From Octopus vulgaris (Eukaryota): 64,000 bases of DNA. The notes under the pieces are model-generated. The model was not told where the DNA came from, searched no databases, and saw nothing but the letters and a program-made list of their open reading frames with translations. Below are positions 12,011-24,465 of the stretch, in pieces. The first letter of the stretch is position 1. Each line of letters begins with the position of its first letter. The stretch is taken from assembly GCA_951406725.2 (NCBI GenBank), contig OX597818.1:113522001-113586000 (forward strand). The letters are read 5' to 3'. A program made the position numbers and the translations under genes.

Positions 12011-13219
12011 GGTCTTGCTTCCGAATCGATTCAAGATTTCGAGCACCAATACATCATAATCTTAATGTGGCTATGTAGGGCAACTTACAACTAAAACAAC
12101 TGGTTTTGCACAGGATTCCTAAAGGTCTCCTCCAAAATTAATTTTGCGTCATTTGTTTGTAAAGGCCCACGTCATTTCAGATACTTTATTTTAAGCATTT
12201 GCAGACTTGATAGAGTCCTCACCAGAAATTTATTGATGTCTGTTTGCGTAGAAGTTGACAAGGCTTTTCAAACTCAATTGGTTTTGCGCACTGGATTAAA
12301 ACATAAATTAGACTTCGCGAACTGGATAGGGACAATTATTCCTATAAACCTTATTCATAATAGAAACCCAAATTAAGTGGGTAAAGCGATCAATGTGCAT
12401 TATAACAACTTTATTAGGAGTGAGGTAAGAAAAAATATGGGCTACTAAAAAAATGTGTGACAGGACGATTCTGCAAAACTCATTGATATGGTATTATTGG
12501 ATGTTGTTATACCTCGCTGGTCACAATGCGCTTTGCATTGTTTTAGTTTTCAAATGAAGCCAGCCTGCTGATTATGTGGGGTGTATTCTTCTTGAAGGGA
12601 ATGGCAATCCGTTGCAGGGCCATCTATTTACAGTCCGGCCGGCTGAGCCATCGTCGGACTTAAATTTTCTTCCCTCCGATAAAATAAGCGATTCTGAGAC
12701 GTTTCACTAAAGTTGTAAGTCGAGAATGTTCCATAGACTTTGATGCGTGTGACCAGAATCTTTAATTTGACTCCAATCTCCAATCAGTTTTCCGGAATGG
12801 TACACTTGACATTAATAACTCCTTCTTCACCCACCACCACCGCAAATAACGTCTAGAAACAAATTTAAGGCGATACACATTTTACTACAATCTTTACCAC
12901 ATGTCGTTTCATGTGGTAGAGCCTTAAAGTAAATTTTACAGTCTTACAACGAATCAGAAACTTGTTTCTTCTCATACATTTTTATTCGAATTCTATCTCA
13001 ATTGCCCCCCAAAATGGGGTGGAATGGTGTAATCTTGTGTTGTGTAATCTATCTCAAGTCATAAATATTTTAGACATTCTTCTGCTCGAGCAGAAGCAGA
13101 ATTCCTTGCCCGCCATGTTTCCTGGTTCATGCAACGGCACATAATTATCATTTTTTCCTCCTTTTTTTTTCTTTTGCGGCCCAGATAACTGCAGACTAAA
13201 TGATTGTCGATAACAATCG

Positions 13220-13587
13220 TGGCACTCCGTCGGTTACAGCGACATGGGTTCCAGTTGATCCGATCAATGAAACAGCTTGCTCGTAAAATTAACGTACAAA
13301 TGGCTGAGCACTCCACAGACAAGTGTACCCTTAACGTAGTTCTTGTGGGAGATTCAGAGAGACACAGAGTGTGACAAGGCTGGCATTTTGAAATACAGGT
13401 ACAACAGAAACAAGAAGAAAAAGTGAGAGACAGTTGTGGTGAAAGAGTACAACAAGGTTCGCTACCCCAACCCCCTGGAGCTTTAGGTGTTTTCGCTCAA
13501 TAAACACAACGCCCGGTTTGGGAATCGAAACCGCGATCCTACGACCGCGAGTCCGTTGCACTAACCACTGGTCCATTGCATCTCCAC
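13220..13587 (-). mobile_element. SINE C full length
   Basis: C head plus the C/D shared tail; flanking direct repeat GATAACAAT (13209-13217 and 13591-13599). Confidence 0.9.
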
Positions 13588-14087
13588 GTTGATAACAATA
13601 AGAAAGTGTAGAAAAGTGAGAGATGCCGATGCTGATGATGATGATGATGAGGATGATGATGATGATGACTATATAGTTATTGAATGTACACTATTTCTTT
13701 GCGTGTGACGATAACAAGTGGGAATCTATCAGCCATCAATCGAACTATTCGTGGCCATTTTTGAGTCGGCGAAACTAAAATACCGAATAATTTATTTACA
13801 TAATTTAAAACCTAATTCTTTTCAGTATTTTCTGATGTTGTTGTCGTTGTTGTTGTTACTCCTAGTTCTTTTATTTATTTATTTTTTGTGAAGTTTTTTC
13901 ATTCTTTTGTTTGTTTGTCTTTTTGTTTCTTTTCCTTTTTTTTTTCATAATGTTTGTCCCATTTATTTCGTGTAGAGAGAAATACTTATTGACCAGTTTG
14001 ACTATTATGGCAACTGGGCCTCTACCATCTCCTTCTGTAACCATGGCAATTTCCAGTTCTTCTCTTTTCAATATCATATAAAGGAAA

Positions 14088-14906
14088 TGTGATGATGATC
14101 ATCATGATCATGATCATGATGATTGTAGTGGTGGTGGTAGTGGTGCAAGCGGTGGCGGCAGTGGTAGTGGCATCGATGATAGTGGTGGCGGTAGCGGTGT
14201 TGATTGCGATGATGATGGTAGTTGTAATGGTGATGATGATGGTGATAGTGGTGATGGTGGTGATGATGGTGGAGTTGGTGGTGGCAATGATGACGATGAC
14301 GGTGGTGGTGCTGGTGGTGATGATGATGATGATGATGATGGTGGTAGTGGTGGTGATGGTGGTGGTTGTGGTGGTGGCGGCGGTGCTGGTGGTGCTGGTG
14401 GTGATGATTGCGATGATGATGGTGATGGTGACGATGATTGTGGTAGCAGCGGCGACGGCGGCGGTGGTGGAGACGATGCAGATGACAACGGCAGCGAGCG
14501 AGGGAGTAAGGAAAGAAGAAGAAGAAGAAGAAGAAGAAGAAGAAGAAGAAGAAGAAGAAGAAGAAGAAGAAGAAGAAGAAGAAGAAGAAGAAGAAGGAAA
14601 ATAAGAGGAGGAGGAGGAGGGGAGGAGGAGGAAGAGCAGGAGGAGTATCAAGGATGATGTAGGAGTTGATATATTAACAAAATGCCGATAAAAAGCTTCT
14701 TTCTTTTCTGCTCGTTCTTCTGCCAAAATTTAGTGAATGCAATTTGGCAAAATATGTATCATCATGAATATTATTAGCATCGTAATTTGCAAGGCATCAT
14801 TATTCATTATTATCGTCGTCATCGTCTTCGTTGTCGTCGTCGTCATCACCGCCACCATCATCGTCGTCGTCGTCGTCGTTGTCATTGTCATCAACAATAT
14901 TATGAT

Positions 14907-14990
<84 letters not shown>

Positions 14991-15000
14991 AATTATTATT

Positions 15001-15031
<31 letters not shown>

Positions 15032-15162
15032 TTATTTTTATTATTATTATTATCATCATCATCATCACCATCACCATCATCATCATCATCATCATCATCA
15101 TCACCATCATCATCATCACCATCATCATCACCATCACCATCATTATCATCATTATCATCATT

Positions 15163-15202
<40 letters not shown>

Positions 15203-16003
15203 ACACCTTCGTCATTATCATCGTCGTCGTCGTCATCGTCATCATCATCATCGTCATCATCATCATCACCTTCATCATCACCATCATCATCACCATCACC
15301 ATCACCATCACCATCACCATCATCCTCATCCTCATCATCATCATCATCGTTTTCATCATTATTATTATTATGTATCGTCACCAGCAGCGTTTCCTCTCCT
15401 CACCACCATCAGTGTTTTCAACTGCTATTATTCTTGTTGCTGTTATTGCTGTTGTGGTCTTCAACCGCACCTAGCTCAGTCATCGTCGTCGTCGTCGTCG
15501 TCATTATCGTCAGCTGCAGCAACAACACCGTCATCATCAGTGGCTAACATCGCAATAATCCTCATCCTTATAGCATTCACTACAAGCAGCAAGATTATCA
15601 ACATTCCCACCAACTCCATTGTCATCATCATCATCATTATTTCCATCACCATCATCATCATCATCATTATCATCATCATAATTGTCATAATTTTGATGTT
15701 GGTTAATATGGCCATCTCTTCCACCATCAACGCCATCATTATCCTCATCCTCATCATCATCATCAACATCCTCCTTATCGCCGTAATGATAATTATCTTT
15801 CGTGTACATTATTATGACCACATTACAACAGCCTCCATCATCATCATCATCGTCGTCGTCGTCGTCGTCTTTATTATATTTATTATATTGTCGCCGTCCT
15901 CACCAGCAGCAGCAGCAGCAGCATCGCCATCTTTACCATCATCATTATCGTGTTCATCGTCATCATTAACATCATCATCAACATCATCATCATCATCATT
16001 ATT

Positions 16004-16055
<52 letters not shown>

Positions 16056-16148
16056 CCATCATCACCATCATCAACAATAACTTCATTATATCGTCATCAC
16101 CAGCAGCAACGGTATCTTAACCATCATCACTTTCATCTTCATCGTGAA

Positions 16149-16201
<53 letters not shown>

Positions 16202-16277
16202 ACAACATCACCAAGACCATCATTAATGTTATCATCATCATCATTATCATCATCTTTTCCATCATCATCACCATCAG

Positions 16278-16315
<38 letters not shown>

Positions 16316-16440
16316 ACATCAATATCACCAAAACCATCATTAACGTTATCACCATCATCATTAACATCATAGTTTCGATCATCATAATCAGCATCACCAT
16401 CAGCATTACCATCATCATCATCACTATAACCATCCTAACG
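14088..16440. repeat. Compound trinucleotide microsatellite field (GAT/GGT, GAA, TAA, CAT/CAC/CGT)
   Basis: Directly visible. It explains all the poly-H/I/M/D/S ORFs in the track. Confidence 0.97.
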
Positions 16441-17034
16441 TCTATCCTACTCGCTACTTATGACCATCAATGCTTACACCCGAGCCGCCATTACACCACA
16501 CTACTTACCGCAATCAAACAGTGAATAAATTTCAAAGTATATACAGCTAATAACTATTTTTCTGTGTCAATTCCGACCGAAATTTTTTCCCTTTGATTTC
16601 GTTCACTCTCTCCACTCGTTATCTTCCCTTATCGATTTATCCCGCAACAACTGCTGAAATACAAATTATAAAATATCAATTATATGCCTTAAAAATGCTA
16701 CAATATCGATTATCCACTTTGTTGAGTTCAGATACGTTTCGGGCTTTAGCAAAATATGTTTCGATTAGACATTTCTGCATACTTGTTAGTACATAGAATT
16801 AGCCAGCTATCTGGGAAATATAGCAAAAATCTATTTGTGCAAGGTGTATCATTTACCATGTCGTATATGATTATCATTATGATTACAAGCAATTCTATAC
16901 GATAGAGAAAAGGGGAAAAGAAATACTCCAGCTTCTCAAATGTATAATTAGAAGAATGGCTTGCCGTTACTTTTTCCATTTTTCTCTCTTCCATACCTGC
17001 AGACTCAAATTTCTTATACCCTTCTCACTCTCTC

Positions 17035-17078
<44 letters not shown>

Positions 17079-17552
17079 TATCTATCTCTATCTATCTCTA
17101 TCTAGCTCTCTCTCTCTCTCTCTCTCTCTCTTAGGTACTCACACATGTGCTCAGACAAATATATCATTATCTCTCCTCCTTCTTTCTATCTCTCCCTCTC
17201 TCTCACAAACACACCTACAAACACATACACGCACATACACAAGCTTTCTCTCTCCCCCATTCTCTCTCTCTCATTTGCTTTCCTTCCCGTTCTCTGAAGA
17301 TATTAAATGCATATTTTTGTTTTACATTTCTCCTCAAAATCAATTTCCGCCGCTGTGGTCGTTGTTGCTGTTGTTGTTGTCTTACTACAATGCAGTTTGA
17401 TAAATGGCTTGATAAACTGATAAAAGTGATACAGATTAAATAGATTTATACTAAGTGAATATGAACACATTGGAGATAATCGTGCATGGCACTGACAAAA
17501 GCTTTCTAATATAAGCACAAGGCCTGAGATTCTGAAGAAGCATGGCTTAATG

Positions 17553-17638
17553 CAGCGGTTCCCAACTTGGGGTCCGCCGACCCTTGGAGATCTGCAAAGG
17601 TAGTAATGGAGGTCAGTGAACTAAATTCAAAATTTCAT
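17553..17638 (+). mobile_element. hAT (Charlie-like) element left end
   Basis: CAGCGGTTCCCAACTTGGGGTCCGCCGACCC.. with a second copy at 60356-60440. CAG.GGTT..CAA is the Charlie-type TIR pattern. Confidence 0.65.
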
Positions 17639-17709
<71 letters not shown>

Positions 17710-17711
<2 letters not shown>

Positions 17712-18512
17712 AGCAGCATAGCCCGGCGTTGCCCGGGTATGTAAGAGCCCCTAGTAGGCAACGACTAATCCCAACCTAGTCCTTTCCCTCTAGGGAACGA
17801 AGGCGCATGTGTAGGCTGCAATGTCTTCTCTTCACTCCCAAATAACTATCAAACAGATATCGATAATTCAACCCAACCAATTCCTACCAGGAAGAAATTA
17901 CATTCGAGACTTTAACCCCAACACCGCCACTTCTGCTAATAGCTGCTGCAGCTGCAAGTTATTCGAATACTTTTTTTGTTTACACTTTCTTTATAACTAC
18001 CACCCCAAACGTTTTACCTTAAATTTTTGACGTACCCTAAGGGTCCTCGGACGCTACTTGCAAACTCTTGGTTTATTATAAACCGCTTTTGTTGTGTGCA
18101 TCAAAAAACCTTTTCCATTCGTTTGTTCAGTTTGGTCACTTTTGACGTTTTCGTTGTTGTCACTCACATTGCTGCCCGCTTTTTTGCCGTTTTTGTACAT
18201 TTTTATACATTTTGGGATACTTACCCAACGTGTTCCGAGAGTTAAAAAGGTCGAGTTGCGTCCCCTAGACAGTCTGTAGAAAATGTGTTGCATATAAAAA
18301 GCTTAGATTCTCGACCCATGTCGAATTTATCGATTTTTTTTCAGAACTGGGGAAACTTTTCAAAATTTTCGCTGCGTTAGTTTTGAATTATGACATTGGG
18401 CTATGTGTGTATCAAGTTTCATCAGAATCGGTTGAAAGCCGTGGTCAGGGTGAAGGTACAACCTGAGAGACACACAGACACACAGACAGACAAACTGCCG
18501 TTTATATATAGA
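17710..18512 (-). mobile_element. Complete non-autonomous Helitron
   Basis: Minus strand begins A|TCTATATATAAA.. followed by (GTCT)n and ends with hairpin CCCGGGCAACGCCGGG, a short spacer and CTGG|T. This gives 5'-TC, 3' hairpin + CTRR, insertion between A and T, and no TSD. Confidence 0.85.
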
Positions 18513-18585
18513 TATATATATATATACAATTGTCGTGATTGATAATAAATTCTAAATATATTCCATCTTTCGTTTTTCATTTGCC

Positions 18586-18620
<35 letters not shown>

Positions 18621-18685
18621 TGTATGTATGTATATACATATAATAAATCTCTGAGCTAGGTATAAACAGTAGCTGCACACACGAC

Positions 18686-19220
18686 ATCGTGAAATATATT
18701 TTCACCTAAATGTGGCTAACCCTTAAGGGGCGATGTTATTGTAGCTTGTAGCACCAGGATGACATCTCCTCCATCTGGATATTCACACATTTTCTGTACA
18801 CTATCAGTATTTGCCAAGGGAAGTCATCATTCCCATCTCCAGCCTGGCGTGATACACACGGACCCGGGTTTCTGGATATTGACCCATCATAAGCGTGTGA
18901 CTGCCACCGGCTGGCGATGTGAAGTGGTTCCCAATGCAAATATATATATAATTTTTCCAGTGACGAAAAGTCACTGATCTCGAAAAAGTGGAAACAAGCA
19001 ACAATAACTTTCTCAGCTGATGACGGGTCAATACCCAGAAACTCGGGTGCGTGTGTATCACGTCAGGCTGGAGATGAGAACGATAACTTCCCTTTGAAAA
19101 TACTGATAGGGCACAAAATGTGTGTCAATAGCCAGCTGGAGGAGATGTCTTCCAGGGGCTATAAGCTACAGTAGCATCAACTCTAAGGGTTAGCCACATT
19201 TGGGTAGCAAATATATTTCG

Positions 19221-19224
<4 letters not shown>
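18686..19224. mobile_element. Fold-back/MITE-like element with ~209-bp inverted arms
   Basis: 18686-18894 is an imperfect reverse complement of 19016-19224; 121-bp spacer. Confidence 0.85.
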
Positions 19225-19302
<78 letters not shown>

Positions 19303-19618
19303 GTCCTGTTTTAGGACGAATGTTGCTGTAATTTAGCCCCAGGAGACATCGTCTCCAGCTGGCTATACGACACGATCTGTGTCCTTATATTTTCGAACAA
19401 GGGAATCTAGCACCCCAACTCAGCTCAAAACAATATCTGTGTAGCGCAATTTCTGGATTATTTCTCTTCACCAGTGATACACAGATATTGTTTTGAGCTG
19501 AGTGGGGGTGCTAAATTCCCTTGTTCGAAAATATAAGGACACAGATTGTGTCGTATAGCCAGTTGGGGACGATGTCTCCTGGGGCTGAATTACAGCAACA
19601 TTCGTCCTAAACCAGGAC
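19303..19618. mobile_element. Fold-back/MITE-like element with 141-bp inverted arms
   Basis: 19303-19443 versus 19478-19618: 7 mismatches by manual alignment; 34-bp spacer. Confidence 0.9.
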
Positions 19619-19709
19619 TGCCATGTTATGTTGGCAAGCAATCTTTACTACAAAGTACTGTTGCTGAATATCTCACGTTGTGAGTTTTAAAAGTAGTAAT
19701 TTTCAGGCT

Positions 19710-19805
19710 TGGTGTGTTTATCAATCTAGTCACCAGTGGGCTGACCATGAGACAGGCTGTACTGGGTTACCTTACCAGTAGCACTAAGAGGGACCTGACA
19801 TAACA
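19710..19805 (-). repeat. Dispersed repeat, inverted copy of 22071-22170 (possibly a LINE 5' UTR)
   Basis: Reverse complement ..CTTAGTGCTACTGGTAAGGTAACCCAGTACAGCCT.. matches CTTAGTGTTATTGGTAAGGTAACCCAATATAGCCT at ~22087. Confidence 0.7.
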
Positions 19806-19899
19806 CACATGCATAGCACACAGATCGGCATACATTGACTGTAACCTCTAAAGGAGTGAATGGTTGAACTCTTGAGCATTATAATACATTTGTTATTAA

Positions 19900-20510
19900 T
19901 GTTTGTATCTTTATTGCCCACAAGGGGAGCACATAGACGGGACAACACAAGACATGTGGGACATATAACAATGAAAGAAATAAAATATGATAATATGAAT
20001 GACAATGAAAGATGAGGAAATGAAAATGGAGCCACTGGTCCCACTTACGGGCAGTCCCATTTTCTACTTCCTAAAACCTGAACCCTCTAGCATATGCAAA
20101 CCCGTTTCCTCCAATAACCTGTCATAAGTCGTGTAATTTTGTAATAAATCCCAGTCAAAGTCCAATTCCCAATAACTGTAACCGTGTTCAAACGTATACA
20201 TTATCTCTTCTCGTTCCCTTGTTGGGAGCACGCACCTGTGCCACTCCCTAATCTAGTAGTTCCTGCTCCCTTTACCTCATCCCATAAAACTCATCAATCA
20301 ATTCCTTATTGGATCCATATAGCATGAAAGCTTTGTACTTCTTTTTCCTTTTTTTTTTACTTGGGGGGAGGGAGATTGAAATACTTTGTGTGTGTTTGCT
20401 TTCTTTTTATGTTTTTGTGTCGGATAGGAATGGGTTGGCTTGGTGTCTGCTGGGGGAGGGTTGGTCCAACTCATAAGACGGCCTTCTATGTACCCCCTCT
20501 TAACCATAAG
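19900..20510 (-). mobile_element. Retroelement 3' portion ending in the Tx1/A2-type tail
   Basis: Minus strand ends TTGTCCCGTCTATGTGCTCCCCTTGTGGGCAATAAAGATAC, preceded by a pyrimidine-rich UTR. The 5' boundary is uncertain. Confidence 0.6.
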
Positions 20511-21031
20511 CTTAGAAATCGATTACGTGAGCAATAACAAAATTCTTCTAATAAATTTGTTTTGACTCAGAACAAGTTAAGTTTGAACCAGAAAAAAAAA
20601 GCCGCAAGAATTGTACATATTGGTGGTAAGTGGATCAATATTGGGAACAACCGAATAACCATAAAGTAAGCCGTTACATGGACAATAATTTTGCCAATTT
20701 GATACTAAATAAATAAATTAAAGATTATCTCTGGCTTGTCTGCACAGATCCAGTCTGAACAGAGTAGCAGAAGCAACAAGAATCGCGATGCAGGAACAGG
20801 ACATCACCGATCAATATATATATTGAATTTAAAAATGGGCAGAAGGCTTCAAATTTGGATGCTATGGTATGATTGATTCGATTGACTCCAGTACTTGACC
20901 CCGGGAGAATGAAAGATACAAATGACCTCAGTGCAATTTAAACTTTAAACTTAATTTAACCGCAATAGAGTAATACAAATCATTAAATATGAAGTCCTAA
21001 CGATTATCAATACACCTCCCCGACTCCAATA

Positions 21032-21136
<105 letters not shown>

Positions 21137-22529
21137 CAATGAAATGGCTACAACTTCTACACAAAAAGATGAGCAATATTGCCTGTGGGGAGTATTTGTT
21201 GAGACAGTAGACCACATTGTATGAGAATGCTTATTATCTCCGGATATATTTTTGGTACATTTCCCATATAATTTTCTAATTCTATATACTAACAAGTACA
21301 CAGATATGTTTGATCGAAACATATTTTACTAAACCCAAAACGTACCCGAACTCGAACAATGTAGACGATCGATATTGTAGTATTTTCAAGGCATATAATT
21401 GATATTTTATAATCTGTATAGAACTCTATAAAGTTACAGATACATACTTGATGTTTAGATAACTTGGAAATCCAAAAGAATCTTCGAGCTTATTCATTCT
21501 ACTTGAATTCGCTCCATTATTAAATTTTAAACATCAATATCATGAAAAGCGCTGGTATCATAGGGAACAAAAACATAAAACTAAGCTCGGTTTCATGTTC
21601 CTTTTAATTATTCAATTATAATTACGGTGAAAGGCAACGGATGAGTAAATCGATAAGCTAATGGTCAACGAGCCGAGAAATCGATGGTGTGTATCGTAAG
21701 ACCAGCACTGCGTTGTGATCGTGGTCAATATATACAGTTTTCAAGAAATGATAAAAATATATGAATGTATATTTTTGATAAGAGTGTGTATTAAACTTCC
21801 AGCATTTTTATAAATATTTCCAGGCTGATGCATGTGAATTATTTAAAGACGGTTGATTGGTAAAACCCTCAAAGTGCGAGATATAATTTGGTCAAGGTTG
21901 GTTTTGTTTGAGTGCATATCTCATCCAGGACGACCTCACTTTTCGAAATGAATGGTACTGTTTGAGCAATGTTAATGACAAAAGATTTTCTTATAATGCT
22001 TAATAGCTTAATCCCTTTTATCCTTATGATAAATCGATAAATGTCTTTTTAGTGTAGTTTGTATGTATATGTTACGTTAGGTCATTCTTAGTGTTATTGG
22101 TAAGGTAACCCAATATAGCCTATCGCGTTGTCAGGCCGTCGGTGGCTAAACTAGCAACCCTGCCAAGACGGTTTGGTAAGGAGGATGGTTTTCGTTGGAC
22201 GACCTGCAGGATGAAAAACAAAACCTGTCAAGTAGAGTTTCCAATATGATCGACTGTTTAGCTACCACAAAATGCAGAGCTTGTGTTGATGTTACAAATT
22301 AATACAATTTGCATTCAAAGGGGCCAAACCCACTAGCTTTAGTTAGATAACCCATAGCAGATAACCCCACCACAAAACTAGCTGAGTATAAATTTGAAAA
22401 GCAATTGTTTACAATGTCCTGCTTAAGATTCACTTTGAAAACAACTAATTATGTTTTAGCTTCCTTTCAACACTTGAAAAACATAAAAATCACCTCCTTT
22501 CATGAACGGTTGTTGTTGATGTTGCTGTT

Positions 22530-22740
22530 GTTGTTATTGCTGGTATTTAACATTTGGCCAATAGGGTAAACCTATGGTCAAATTAGTTCCTGTCGTAAAT
22601 ATCTCGTCTTTTTGTACATGAAGGGTTAGATTGTCCGATGTATCGTTTTATATTTCAGATGATAAGGTGTAATTTTATGGATATTTGGTCGCAATTTCTA
22701 GCAGCCCGAGCGACCACATATAGACTCACCGAGTTGGCTT
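22530..22740 (-). mobile_element. Old SINE-like family E (other decayed copies ~5060-5132, 6670-6760, 38690-38880, 42830-43010, 44480-44600, 49085-49160, 54030-54215)
   Basis: Recurring motifs CTAGAAATAGCAGCCAAAT, GATGGTCA.G..TGGA.TGC.TTTGATCAT and GGGGCTAAACAAC in degenerate form. Confidence 0.55.
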
Positions 22741-23045
22741 TTCCTTCATTGGTGGACTCGGCTTAGGACAGTTATGTTCATTGGTTAAGAAGTTCGCTTC
22801 GCAACCACGTGGTTTTGATTTCAGTCCCACTGCACGGAATCTTCGGTGAGTTTTCTACTCCTGCCACTAGGCCAAACAGCATCTTATTAGTGAATTTGGA
22901 ATACGGAAACTGTGTAGAAGCTCGTTGCGTATGTATGTGTGTGTGTGTGTATGTGTGTGTTTCTCTGAGCGTCTCATTAATACTTTGCATGTACCACGTC
23001 CTCGCGTTGTTGTTTTTTCTTGTGTATTTTTCTCCGTTTTTTAAG

Positions 23046-23082
<37 letters not shown>

Positions 23083-24006
23083 AAATTTACAAAGCATTAC
23101 AAAAGAGCGACTAACAGTTTCATGCTTTAGAGGTACAATAAATTAGCAGATTTATATAACAGGCTATGTATCTCCAACTGATCTTTCAGACTCAGTATTT
23201 AAAATCCAGGACGTTGGTCTATGAGAAAACAGGAAGTAATCAGTGAGAAGAAAACAGCACGAAGACGGATGATGCAAAAAGTGGAAAGAGAAAACAGGAA
23301 AGAAAAGTAAAAAAAAATCACGGTTTTCGTCCTCTTTGTCTGTAAAAGTCATAATCTAGCTAGTATATATAATATAACAGAAATAAGGCTAATGTCTGTG
23401 AGATAGCTACACAATCAGGTGCTGCTGGTATCTTCCAGTTCGACAAAAGAAACTTATCAATCTGCATGTATTTTTCTGAAATTTCCAGATCTGGAAATAA
23501 AGTGTGGTGGAATTCTTGAACCAAAAAAGTATGTGCGATATATATGTAAGTTTATTAAAAATTCCCTTTATGATAAGTATAAACCAGCTAACGACCAAAG
23601 TCATATATAGAGATATATTCATGTGTGTGTATGTGTGTGTGTGTCAGTTGAGCATCTTAATATACGCTTTGTTCCGTTTCTCTGTATTCCAATATCGCAC
23701 CTGCCATCTCATCACAACTTTCGTTCAGCTCTTCACCACAGCATTAACTTACCATCTCACTACATCCATTAAACCTCTCTGATCTCAGTTCCCCTCCCCG
23801 GTTGATTGACATGGCTCAAGGATCCTAACTAAAGCCTGCCCTCCTCACTGCCAGCCGCTCAGATAACCCCTGGGTGTTGAACCTCGTATGCCTAGGCAAC
23901 TGAATAGGATTGCTATTACGTTGTGCTGCTTTTAGGACAATCCATATTATCCCCTTTTCTAATAACTTATATGTAAGACAATAAATACATAGAAAGCTAG
24001 TTAGTT

Positions 24007-24051
<45 letters not shown>

Positions 24052-24222
24052 TGTGTGTTTGTGTATGTGTAAAATATCAAAAGAGATTCATAATAAATTA
24101 GCAGAGCTAATATTTAAAGCATATAAAACTAAAATTGTAACAAAATATTAAAAATTTTATTTATTATTTAGATGCTAAAGTGACTGCTGTATCACGAGAG
24201 TATATTATGAGCGAGAGGGTGG

Positions 24223-24280
<58 letters not shown>

Positions 24281-24424
24281 ACGTATGTATATGTATGTAT
24301 GCATATGTATGTTTATATGTATGTGTCTATGTGTGTATATATAAGAGTGTGTGTGTGTTGAATAAGTTGGTATGAAAGAGAATGTGTGCATATGTGAGTG
24401 TATGGTATGGCTATTAGAATGAGT

Positions 24425-24465
<41 letters not shown>

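Larger units (their letters stand above)
8880..13145 (-). mobile_element. Long decayed Tx1-clade LINE: ORF1 remnant (~12550-13140) and ORF2 APE + RT (~8880-12070), interrupted by SINEs
   Basis: The ORF2 start CIGARNLESIRKQD/HLLKDLRSLRILAI is continuous across the SINE at 11609-12010. APE: LDARIVFLDPDSDSLILEMK..FRL/AVY..GAGQP (ORF 11283-11471). Decayed YADD region near 9450-9490. KSVRLKLG and SIWFGPE near 9250-9360. Post-RT: LFCKLEK..HGMMSL..RHVPRLRNMRRFLD (ORF 8871-9152). The ORF1 assignment is weaker. Confidence 0.7.

Noticed and set aside
14037-14050. X-box-like GTAACCATGGCAAT (similar at 46213)
   Set aside because: Imperfect match with no identifiable promoter; plausible by chance in 64 kb.
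14022-16524. Long ORFs (up to 479 aa) rich in H/I/M/D/S/E
   Set aside because: They are translations of trinucleotide microsatellites open in several frames on both strands, with no domain content.
19330-19345. TTTAGCCCC shared by the fold-back arms, the A2 tail and the family E end
   Set aside because: Only 9-12 nt with unrelated flanks; insufficient for homology.
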